A stretch of 64,000 bases of DNA from Marsupella aquatica (Eukaryota > Plantae > Marchantiophyta): contig OZ316893.1 of the NCBI GenBank assembly GCA_973895155.1, positions 1,302,860 through 1,366,859 of the forward strand, read 5' to 3'. The position numbers and the translations under genes were made by a program. Below the pieces are notes generated by a model. The model was not told the origin of the DNA, did no database searches, and saw nothing but the letters and a program-made list of their open reading frames with translations. Of this stretch, positions 37,660 to 48,990 are shown piece after piece (position 1 is the stretch's first letter; each line of letters begins with the position of its first letter).

Positions 37660-38940
37660 GGTTAGTTCATTTCACTATGCGAAGATTTAGTCCAGCAATA
37701 GAGCACCGTCATATTCAATAATAATGAGGTCGAGAGGACCTCATTATTGGACCTGAGAATGTCATTGCTTGAATAAACCTTCTCGTAATAAAATAAACTT
37801 AGTTGAACTTGAAGTTGTAATGAGGGCCCATTTTTGGGGTGGGTGAATGTCGTTGACCGTAGCAGCTGCACTACTTGAAGTTGGGCAGAGTTTATATGAC
37901 TATGAGAGAAGTTGTGAAATGAACACATCGCCTACATAATCAGTAACCTTCTCATAATCATATAAACCCCGTTCAACTTGAAGTTGTAATGAGGGCCCAT
38001 TGGTGGCCAAGGAGAGCAATGTCATGATGATGATCAGACACGGTCACGGGGATTCCGCAAGATCGGTCACCAAATTGATATGCAGACGCAAAATACAGTC
38101 ACCAATTTCAAGTCAAAGTTCACCCGTTTATATCCTCTCCTGTCCGAATTCCAATTCGAGCTTGGACACCCTCTCGTCAGCAGGTCTCCACCCTTTCAGT
38201 TGCTCCTCACGCGAACCTCTGGATTCCTCAAACACTATGAATGATGCATTGAAATAAAATAGGTTTGAGGATTCTAGAGATTGCTATCTTGGTTTGCGTG
38301 AAGAGCAACTGCAATGGTGGAGACCAGCTGACGAGAGGATGTCCAAGCTCGAATTGGAATTCGGAAAGGAGAGGATATAAACATGCAATTGTGCGAATTA
38401 ATGTCATAGGCCGTAGCAACCGTACTCCAGTAATTGGTCAGTTCATTTCATTATCAGAAGATTTATTCAAGCAACGGAGCACGGACATATTCAATAATAA
38501 CAAAGTCAGGAGGACCTGAAATATTGACCTGAGAGTGCCATTGCTTGAATAAACCTTCTCATAATGAAAAAAACTCTGTTCAACTTCAAGTTCTAATCAG
38601 GGCCCATTTTTGGGGTAGGCAAATGTAGAGGCGTTGGCCTCGGTTTGCATGTGCATGAATGTCATTGGTCGTAGCAGCTACGCTACTTGAAGTTGAACAG
38701 AGTTTATTTGAGTACGAGAGAAGTTGTGAAACCAACGGATCGATGACATACTCAGTAATTTTTTGCTCGAAGGACCTGAAAATTTGACCTGAGAGTGCAT
38801 TTGCTTTCAGAATTTCTCTCGTACTCAAATAAACTCCGTTCAACTTCAAGTTGTAATGAGGGCCCATTTTTGTGGTGGGCAAAGGAGTAGGCGTTGGCCT
38901 CGGTTCGCATGTGCATGAATGTCATTGGCCGTAACAGCAA
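37660..38940. repeat. Degenerate modular repeats inside the hAT spacer
   Basis: gtt(c/g)aactt(c/g)aagtt(g/c)taat(g/c)agggcccatt occurs four times (about 37802, 37971, 38578, 38838), and further blocks (...atgaatgtcattgg..gta, ...gacctgagag) are repeated. Confidence 0.8.
38126..38382. repeat. Long inverted repeat (fold-back hairpin) inside the hAT element
   Basis: Outer arms 38126-38217 and 38291-38382 are reverse complements with about 7 mismatches in about 92 nt. An inner stem of about 20 bp (38218-38238 with 38259-38278) closes a loop of about 20 nt. Confidence 0.9.
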
Positions 38941-39443
38941 TAGCGGAAAAAATTATGAAAGACAGGAAAAGTGAGTGGACTTAGGTATACATCCTTCTAC
39001 AAAATCATTCTCAACTTGGGCGGCTACAACCATTGCGATGTTGACTTTGTTGAACTCATTGTGCTACACGATCTCCTTTTGGAAATGATTTCAGAGAAGG
39101 ATCAGTACCTGAGTCCACTGTGCTACCGTCTCTCATCACGTCTATTTTCCTCATACTTGTCCAAAAATATGATTGTGAGCCCGACAATATGCTTCCAAAA
39201 CCTATGGCTGATTGGAGGATGGAATATTCTTACGAAAATACACATTCTCCAAAAGGCGACGCCATGCCCCCAATGAAAAATATATGTACTCAACGAGATA
39301 TGCAATGTAATGTCACTCCAAAATCTCTTTACCAATTACAAGTTGAAAATAATTGTCAAAGAGGATATGCCGCTTCTATTTTAACAAAATGTCTCTAATA
39401 GTAACTACATGAAAATAACATCAAAATGTAGAGACTATTGGTT

Positions 39444-41402
39444 TTAGTTCCTTTTGTTGTTATTGTCAACAGCTTCTGTTTTCACCTCTGCCTGTTGTTG
39501 ACGTCCTCGATGGCGCCGAATGGATCGTTGCAAATTTTGCTCATCTATTGATGGCTGGTTGGCTGCCGCATATTGTTTCCACTCATCGAGTCGACCACTG
39601 AATAACAACCTGTCAAATTCCCCATCTGACAAATTATATTCATTGATTGTGAAATGTTCAATGGGAGTTTCATCTATTTGCATCGCCGGTATAGTATCTT
39701 CAGTCATATCTTCAGTCATATCTTCAGTATTTTGTTGAGTCTCCATTGATGGCATTTGCTTCAACAATCCTCGTTGCTCATACTCGCGTTCATGAAATGG
39801 TGTGCGACACCAACATTTTCGGCTTTTCTTCAACCATTTAGACAAGCAAGCATGATGCCATATATGACCGCAGGTTCCCAACATGGAAACAGATTCAGGG
39901 CCCCAAGGATATAGGCACCAAGTACACTTGTCATCCTTTTCACGAACAAATGCTGCCATAGTTTCATCCTTTTTCCACTTATCAAAAAACCTATCAATAC
40001 CTTCCGCGTCAACCTCCACATCTGGAAAAAGGTTGCTGTGCCCTATAGGATCTATGATTTGCATGTTAACAAAATTTGGCGACGATAATTCACCTTGCCC
40101 TTTGTTTGACCTCATCCCCAAAGCACCATTGTTAAATTCTTGCATCTCTTCGTGAAGATTTGATATGATGATTGCTTGCGTTGCAAGTTCACTTTTAAGA
40201 TCATTAATGATCTTGTCCTTCTCCTCAAGTCGTGCCAGTTCATTGCATTGACGCTCTTTTTCAGCAAGTTGTTTTGTCAGCTTATTGATTTCTTCCATCT
40301 TGTCAAACAATTGACACTTGTACAACATCACTTCCGAATTGGTCGTCAGCTCGTTCTACTTCTTCTCAAGTGATCTCATCTTTATATCAGCTTGTTGCAA
40401 TTGTGACTTGAACTTTTCGATGCTGCCACATTCACATAGCTCCACTACATACTTCGTGCAGAGATTTGTCTCAATCACCTCTGCAACATCTGCCCCCAAG
40501 CTCTTGCATATGTTGTGCAGGTTGAACTTATCCTTGTTAGCATCAGTAACATTGTTGTTCTTTGCATGTGGAGTTCTACTCCCAACACCTACAAGGATTG
40601 GTTTTTTGGTGTGCGTTGACTCCACATTGGTTGGTGGTGCTGCACGGTCAGGCATGGAGACTCGAGGAAGTACAGCCACTTTCCCCTTCTCATGCGCATA
40701 TCCCTCCCCAGTGTCATCTAGCTTTCTTTTGGATCCCTTGTTGGAAGTCTCCATTGAAGGGTCCTTTGCAATAGTTGTATTCCTATTCGTTGCAATCGCA
40801 ACCATTGATGGATGCACCTGATGAGTCAGCTTGCCAGCACTGTTTTCCCAATGGTAATCCACCTTCCACTTGAGAATGAATTCAGCAATCAGACATCGGA
40901 TAAAAGGAGGGTAAACGGAACTCATTTTTGTTTGGGCTTTGTGTGGAGCAAACTCTCGATATCGTTGCTGCCAATGTGATTTAACACCTGCATGTGTTAC
41001 TTTGGACATGGTGAATTTTTCTTGCGCCCATGATCTTGTTGCCCAAAGATCCGGATCGTGAAAAACTTGTTGTGCTAATGGCCAAAAGTCTTTCTTTGGC
41101 ATCAACATCTCCAATTCCTTTGCATTCATGGCCCATTCGTCATGGGGAGGATTTACATTGGGCGTTAATATACTCCATTCATCCTTCATATCCTCATCTT
41201 CCCATCTTCTTGTGTTTGGCGCCGGTGTTCCATCAACCTTGGGTTTAGCCTCATAGTGAATGCCAATGGTTGTAAGATTATCCAACACATTATTACGAAG
41301 AGCTTCATCGTCACAATAGGATCCTTGACCATCTTGCATGGTAAGATGTTGTGTCGTGAACTCTTTATCTTCATCATCAGAAGACAATTCCCATCGTCCC
41401 AT
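39444..41402 (-). pseudogene. hAT cargo: about 650-aa coiled-coil plus RING-H2-like protein (putative E3 ligase) with one premature stop
   Basis: ORFs 40356-41453 and 39444-40331 are in the same frame, separated by one TAG (SLEKK*NELTTNSEVMLY). The probable start is MGRWELSS at 41402. A heptad-rich segment (MEEINKLTKQLAEKERQCNELARLEEKDKIINDLKSEL) precedes CTWC...CGHIWHHAC...W...KCWCR. Confidence 0.8.
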
Positions 41403-41582
41403 GTTTGCGATGTGTACAAAAGGTCTACGATATTTGACAATGTACAAACACATTTAGCATAATTTTGGGCATTCACGACAAAGTTTGATAGAATATTATC
41501 AACAAAATGCAGAACATTGTAATTGACATACAATGAATAAACATATAATCGTTAAGGTGACCTTTACAAAATTGTGTAAACC

Positions 41583-43193
41583 CTAATCTCTAATCTCTAA
41601 GATATGGACTGTTGTGCAAATGCAATGTGCAATCTGGAAACGTTTGAAAGCACAATCCATTCTTTTCTTGGCATCCGTGGCCATCATTTCACGGATTATG
41701 ACATCCAATTTGGGGCCATGCACTTGTGCACTCCAACCCCTCCCCAAAAACCGTGAACCCTTAGACATTCCATCCCAATTCTCTGTCAACAATGTCTCAA
41801 AAATATTCCCCAAAGCATATATATCGGTACTTTCACTAAACTCGACATGGGTAGGTTGAACAAGCTCCGGAGCCAACTGTGGAAATTGTTTTTGGTATGT
41901 TGCTACTTTTTCTGTTGCTGTGGGCCACATCCGATTAGCTGGTAATTTGCACATAAACCAACATACACCTTAATAGCCACATCGTGCTCGTGATCGAAAT
42001 GAAGAAGGATGTTTCCAAAGTGAAGATCACAATGAAATCGATCATGCTCATGCAAGTATTGCAGTGTCTCCAGCAAAGCCAAGGCGATTCCCAACCGGTT
42101 CTCCAACAAGAGTTTCTTCTCCGAAATAAACTTGAAATCAAGGTCCGTCGTGATCTGTGCCTTCTCCTTGCTCTTTGACGATATGCCGCATTTATCAATA
42201 AAGCTACCCAAGTCACCTCCATTATAGTGATCGTAAATAAGTTTTGGCGGATCCTCAATAGTCAACGCAAGAGCTCCAACGATTCCCTTATGATTCAGTC
42301 CTCCCATAAGCACTTCTTGTAATGCGTCAATTCGTCTCTTATGCTTGTCTCCATCCTTGAACCACTTTGCGACTAAGGTCACGTTGACGGGAATGAGAGG
42401 ACAATGTAATATACGACAAGTGTATACCTCTCCTTGGATTCCTTTCCCAATGCGACGTGTGTTGTGCACCTGCTCAGGTTTAAGAAAATGGATACTCCTA
42501 ACCTCTGGAACTACACGCGATGGACGTGTTCCTTTTCGAGAACTTTTGATGCTGACATCCCCAAAGTGCACAATCTCGTTAGCATATTTGACATTGCTAT
42601 CAGATTTTGCCATTGCCAACTCCTTACTCCACTTCACTAGCAATTCTCTCTTGTGTGTGTACATCCCGGGGTTTCCAAGCAATGTAGTGTCACCCTCTTC
42701 CACTTTGGCTGCCAAATTATCCCAAACATGCTTCTCCAAGTTGAGTGCCAAATTTTCCAGAAATCCTCCCGGTTTCTCAGTTTCATCTTCAAATGACTTC
42801 ATTTGCTCTCGTGTGAAATTGTCCTCCTTTTGTACACTTTCCCGCATACAACGGGTTATCTCACCAAGAAAGTTCTTGTATCCATTCTCTCCGTGTCTTG
42901 TGAACTCCCTCTCGAACCCGTCCACCCCATACTATTTCGGTAGTGTAGCGATAAAGTATCTCTTTCCATATCGACACTACCACATTGTGTCGAACCTGTT
43001 TTGCCTCTTCGTTTGCCCCCTTCCGTTTTCCTTTCCCGGCCACTTTGCTAGAATTCCTAGCATGTTTGAGAGTGTTTCGAGCGTTCTTCAATGCATCCAG
43101 AGCAACAAGATTCGGCTCATATCCCTCATTCACATGTTTTGTGATCATCTCCAACACTTGCCTATACTCTAAACTAAAATTTTTGATGACCAT
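41583..43193 (-). pseudogene. hAT cargo: protein kinase with an N-terminal extension of unknown function; two frameshifts
   Basis: IGKGIQGEVY (Gly loop), VAKWF (subdomain II Lys) and HCDLHFGNILL (catalytic loop), then after a frameshift near 41950, LAPEL and STDIYALG. A second frameshift near 42925 joins the 43193 ORF (EIVWG/VDGFEREF). Confidence 0.88.
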
Positions 43194-43415
43194 GTTTTCC
43201 CTTCACAAAAAGAATATGTGAGGGAGGAACAAGATCTTACCGGGATTTAAATAAAATCCTTCCAATAAGGATTCAACGACCAACCTGAAAATTACAAGTC
43301 GTATTGTTATTATCTTTTCCCGGTTTATTTCTCCCATGCATTATGTATTTTTATTGCACACATGATTTTAATTACCTTTCTATATAATAACAATAAAAGA
43401 GAAAGACAACACTTG

Positions 43416-43768
43416 TGAAATATCGCAGACCGAGTGGACGCTCAAAGCATGCGCACAAAAGTGTTCTTTTCTTTCAAAGTTGTTATATTCCTGCTTCGAC
43501 ATATGTGATTTGGTGTCTATAACTTAACACTCATTTGTAATTCAAGTAAAAACATTCTCGGCAAATCGTGGTATCCATGCAAAGTATCGCAGACCGAGCC
43601 GAAACTCTAAGCATGCGTACATGGATTCCTCTATCTCCGCAAATGTTTTACTTAATAAACAAAGGAGACTAAATTGTTAAGGTGATATTAAGAAATTCTT
43701 GTACGGAGTATCGCAAACCGAACTGAGGCTCAAAGCGTGCGCGTACAAGTGTTTCTTTATATCCCTCC
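43416..43768 (-). promoter_or_regulatory. Three-motif module upstream of the kinase cargo gene; inverted homolog of 34026-34380
   Basis: TATCGCA(G/A)ACCGA...CTC(A/T)AAGC(A/G)TGCG at about 43421, 43585 and 43709. Spacer sequences also align in reverse complement with the left module. Confidence 0.55.
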
Positions 43769-44084
43769 ATTTGGCTCTAAGGTTAGGGTTTAAAACACAA
43801 AAAAAACTTAAAAAATCACAAAACAAAACACAAACAAATAAAAACAAACCAAAAATAAAAAATAAAAACCAAAACCAAACACTTACCTCCTCCTCCTCTC
43901 CTCCTCCTCCTCCACTCCTCTCCTCCTCCTCTTCCTCCTCTCCTCCTCTCCTCCTTTCTGCAAAACCGAAAATGAGGAGGGAGAGGAGGGATCTCCTCCT
44001 TTTATCCTCTCCCGAGCCCCGACCCTTTCCCATCCGGCCCCATCCTCCAACCCTAAATCGCGAAACCCTAATTCTCCGAGCCTC

Positions 44085-44455
44085 AATCCCGAACCCCGAA
44101 CTTCCAAACCCCGAACCGGACCCCGAACCCCGAACCCCGAACCGGACCCCGAACCCCGATCCCCACCCGGACCCACCCCGGCCTCCCGGACCCGAACCCC
44201 ACCCGGACCCCCACCCGAACCCCCCGCACCTCCTCCTTCCGGACCCGAGCCGCACCCGGACCCCACCCCGAACCCCCACCGAGCGGTCCCGAACCCCACC
44301 CGGACCCCACCCCGAGCCCCCACCGAGCGCCTTCGCCCCGGACCCGGACCCGATTAGTCATCCGGACCCCCACCCGAACCTCCTCCCGAACCTCCTCCCG
44401 AACCCGAACCCCGAACCGGACGTTTCCTTTCCCGGACTGCTTCCGAACCCGGGTG
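44085..44455. repeat. Right subterminal CCCGAAC/CCGGAC repeat array of the hAT
   Basis: Dense cccgaacc/ccggaccc units; their reverse complement matches the G-rich half of the left array. Confidence 0.88.
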
Positions 44456-47400
44456 CCGGGTTGTCAATTTGCCGCTCTCAAACGCCCAGTTTGACGGGCA
44501 AGGTCAAACCGGGGTTGATTGGAAGCTCATTGTATTCTCTTTGTATCCTTTTCCCTCAAGCTAGTCACTTTTACCATTTTTTTAGAATTCAATAGAAAAA
44601 ATATAAATGTGTAAGGTATGTTTAGGTATTTGTATGCATTATCTGGCCTTTATGGTAATAAAATTATATAGACTAAGCTCTCCACAATTTACTCTAGTGC
44701 CTCAAGTAGTTTGTTCAATGAGCAAAAGCAAAATTATTCAAATTTTTACTCAAGAATATTTTTATGCTTATAATATATAGATCGCAAAAATCCCACAAAA
44801 GGGGGAAACAAGCAACACAATCCCCGTGAACCAATATAACAATTTTCACTAGGAAAACTGGGTGCGAATCTTGATTTTCATAGAGCATTGCTCTTGAGGC
44901 GAAATTGTATTTTCCATAGAGTGTCGCTCTTGTGTTAAGGAGAGGTTTGACTTATTTAGCTGCAACAAAATTATCTCAGATTTTAATCTAAGAGAGTTTG
45001 TTGAGAAAACTTATTTTTCATAGAGCATTGCTTTTTCACGAATAGCACTTCAATTAATTTCCCACTGCAAAGCTCCAAGAAATGATTTTTCAAAGAGCGT
45101 TACTCTTGTTACAATAAGCGCTTCCGGTACTTTGCTGTCGCGGAGGTCTCAAAAATTTCAAATACAATACTAGATGTAAATCTTTGTTTCATTCAATACA
45201 TATTTTCAGTTCAAGTGTACATAGACTCCTAATGTACTTGAAATGTAAGTAAACAGCTAATAGAATATTGATTACCTAGATTTTTTCATCATTAAGTGTA
45301 AAATGCTTAGTTTATGTGTCACAGTCCATGGGGACGATGGGAGATAACCTTCAAGTACATCCGAGCTTTGGTTTCCATGAAAAGTCTCATTTTCCAAAAT
45401 TCTTTAAAACATAACTTCTTTTGGCTAGCTTTGGGCACTATCATTACCAACTCTGGGCGCTAGCAAAACAATGTTAACTTATACCAAAATAAACTCATTT
45501 TTTCATTTAATTTTTTAAAACTATTATCACCCATTTCCTCATTATTAGTAATTGTTTCCTGTTGTTTGTAAATACCTCCTACAACAAGATACAAGAAAGA
45601 AAAGTAAGCAAAAAATGAAGAGCAAAAGCAAACAAAAAAGTTGGAAGCCCACACTCAATGATTGCAAGTGGAGACAATCAGTGAAATTTTATGACTTTTT
45701 GAAATCAAGGTACACACAAACACACTTGGAAAGATAGTAGTAACATGTGTTGAGTCAAGAGCTCAAGGGGTTAATTAAATGTATATTTTGGGGTATCACG
45801 TGCAATTCTAACCTAATATAAATAAACCTATTTTATAAAGAAAATATTCAAAAAATATTTTCAATATTTAATATTAATAACCTATTTTACTTTATAAAAA
45901 GTAGATATTAAAGGATAATTAATAAATATGTGTTTATAATACCTTCTTTTGTCTCCTATGCTTTTTAAAAATTTAGTTAATTTCTACCAAAAATACATAT
46001 TTTGGATTGCATGTGATTCCTAAGATTTGTTATAGTCAACCCCCGAGGTCAAGAGAAACTAAAATAACTTGCTTTGGAAGAATACTCACTCTATTCATGG
46101 CAAAAGAGCAAAGAATTGGCTAAAGAGTGCATGTACTCTAGTACTTCATCTCAAAACTGAAGGATAGGAAGAAACTTAACTCCATAGATTTAACAAATCA
46201 ATGAGGTATTCATAAATCCTAGCTTAGAGTACTAGATTTGTTTGATAAACAACATGATTAATCTAGTTTCTTCTTCTTGTCATTTGCAAAATAGTATATA
46301 AGGATTGATTACAATAATTAGACTATATAGATTAGACCGGTCTGCAAAAAGATATACATGGACATGCTCCTTAGTTGTTGAAAAATTAATTTTTTGATTT
46401 ACAAATGATACCTCCTGACAGAGCAAGTAAGCAACCAAATGCATTCAAATAATTTAACATTTTTAAGTTTTAAAAATAAAGCAAATAGCAAACATCCCGC
46501 AACCTTTAGTGACTCAATAAAAATCTCCAATAAGAAGAACCTCTTTGGCAGTCTTAGGGGCCTCAATCCAAGAGGTTTCCCATATCACGCGCAAAGTTTT
46601 TGAGAAATAAACACCTTCAAACTTAAGCCACTAATTTGATTTTATGGTAATGTTTACCCCTAATTTAACAGAATATTATTGGAATATTTCCAAATTTGGT
46701 CTTAAAAAACACTATGATTCTTATAATTATAAAAAATGGATTAAAACAACCCTAATATTTTAAAACTAAATTTTAAATTATTTTACTAAACCCAATTAAA
46801 AACCATATATTTATTTGCGCATGATGGGTTGGAAGAAGAGAAGTGAGGACCTAGGGCCAGCCGTATGCTATTCTATTGTATAGTAAGAACTATCTAATAA
46901 TAGTTTGACAAATAAATTGCTTTGAAGATGATGTGAAGCCAGACAATGAAGGAGGAGTGAAAAAAATGAGAAAGCTTGCAATAAATCTTTTGATGTTATA
47001 TTTTGTATATGTAGTTTACTAATTTTTGATTGATTCTCAATGATTTTAAGTACACCAAATTGAGAAAGTCAAGTTAGTTCTAAGTAATGCGTTGGAGTTT
47101 GATTTTGATATTAGGTTATTTTGAATCAAAATTTAAAGTGTAACTCTAAAATTTTGACTGACCTTGAGAGCGGCGCATGTAAAAGCAAGATAGTAGAGTA
47201 TTGTAAGTTGATCTATTCAGCACATAAGGTGCAAAATTGTAAGAAAAAATTCAATCATCGATCAAGTTTACAATAATGTAGAATAGCCAAGATATAATAA
47301 TTTCATGACACAACAAAAGCATAATACAGTCCAAACAACAAGGCATTTGCAGGATCAAACAAGGGCCAAGAGAATAATGCTCAGTCTATATCTAAGAAAG

Positions 47401-48990
47401 ACTGCAGACAACTCATCTCTTTTAAACCTACTCCAACTACATAAAGTCAATCAAGGAAGTCATTGGGCTTGATCAACTTCGTCGTCAAAGGTAGATAGAC
47501 AATGTTAACCCAAGACAATTCACAAACAAGTGATAACATGAGCCGCAACACAAATGAGTTGAAGATGTCCAATGAGAGATTGGATTAGAGCTTCATATTA
47601 TTTTAAAAAACTCTGCATCAAGAAGAGAGATAATATATGATTAAGTATAAAATCGATTAAACTACTAATAGATAGTGGAAAATTTTATATGAAGAATATA
47701 ACTTATTGTAGACATAAAAAAGATTTTTAAAAAATCATAATTTTGTAAATTTAGATTGGAACAAATATGTGAACAAAATTTTCATTGCATGTTTTTTTAG
47801 ATACAGATTTTATTTAGAAAAATAATTTTACTTGTATTAGATCATTAAAAAAATTTAAATGAACCAATTTTGTGAATTGAATAAATTTTACTGATTTTTT
47901 TAATACTGAAAAAGACTTTCAAAGATGAGCACCAAGATATCCTATAGTTTTGAGCAAGATTTATTGTAGCACAGTGCATCAAAATGTCAATACATCAATT
48001 TGGACAAAATCCTAGAAGACATTGTAGAGAAGGTTGAGTTACTATTATCAACTATGATATTTACATATCACTTATGGATGGAGATGCATTTTTTTTAGGA
48101 AAAGTGATAGGCATGTACCTTCACTACAAAGTTTGGTAATGGATCCTCTGTATGTAGTTGCCTTGATATTAAATAAAAAATTGAGAAAAGGATTTGCAGA
48201 TGTTAAGAGATGCAACCTTTTGAGTCAAGAATGAGGTAAATTATTTTCCGAAAGTATTGCTTCTAAATGTGTTGATTGATCATACACAAGTTGTAGGCTT
48301 GGTTGTATGGTGTTTTATAAGTTTTTTTATATGTATATTTAAGTAAACCATCAGATTTTTTTTTTAATTTTTACATTTTAATTTGTATTAAAGTCATGCT
48401 CAAAGTGCATGTTATGTTGCTTTTTGCAATGTTACAACCTCACAACCTGGATTGATGATATGTATTGAAAAGGAAATAACAACTATATATGTACAAAAAG
48501 TTTAGTATAAATCATTAAAGGTAAATAAAGTTTAGTGTGCATTGGACACTACCTTCCTATCATAAGTTGAACAGCAAAAATGTACTCTTGATCAACCACA
48601 AAACACTACTTCAAACACTTCACTATCAGGTTGGATTGCAGAGAGAGAGCTGTGATTCACATAGCACTTTTGCAATGATATTTGTAGTGAATGTCACTAT
48701 TCTATTGTTATCAAAAAATAATAATTTTATATGTTTTATTAAGTTATATATTCCATGGTGGTGACTATAGTGAATTAGTTCGTGGACCCCCACCTGTTTT
48801 TATTCGATTGAGATTGAAAAGTGGATAGTTATTGATACAAATAAAAATGTGTTAAAAAGTAGATAGTTATTGATATAGATAAATATGTTTCGGACAATGG
48901 GTATCTTTATTGGGACTTGTCATTTGTTTTTGCATGATACACCACATTGTTCTGAAAAATGAAACTTGTACTACATCATGGAAACAATTG

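Larger units (their letters stand above)
33208..44513 (+). mobile_element. 11,306-bp hAT-superfamily DNA transposon with cargo genes
   Basis: TIRs CCCGGTTTAATCT (33208-33220) and AGGTCAAACCGGG (44501-44513) match at 11 of 13 positions. A perfect 8-bp TSD GTTGATTG lies at 33200-33207 and 44514-44521. The element has GC-rich subterminal repeats at both ends and a hAT transposase inside. Confidence 0.95.

Noticed and set aside
43677-44595. 298-aa and 200-aa Pro/Gly-rich ORFs
   Set aside because: Low-complexity translation of the right subterminal repeats; one ORF runs across the TIR and TSD.
48773-48793. Minus-strand GTGGGGGTCCAC...CTAA|T as the 3' end of the large Helitron
   Set aside because: Only a 4-bp stem and a 3-nt spacer, too weak for a canonical terminus.
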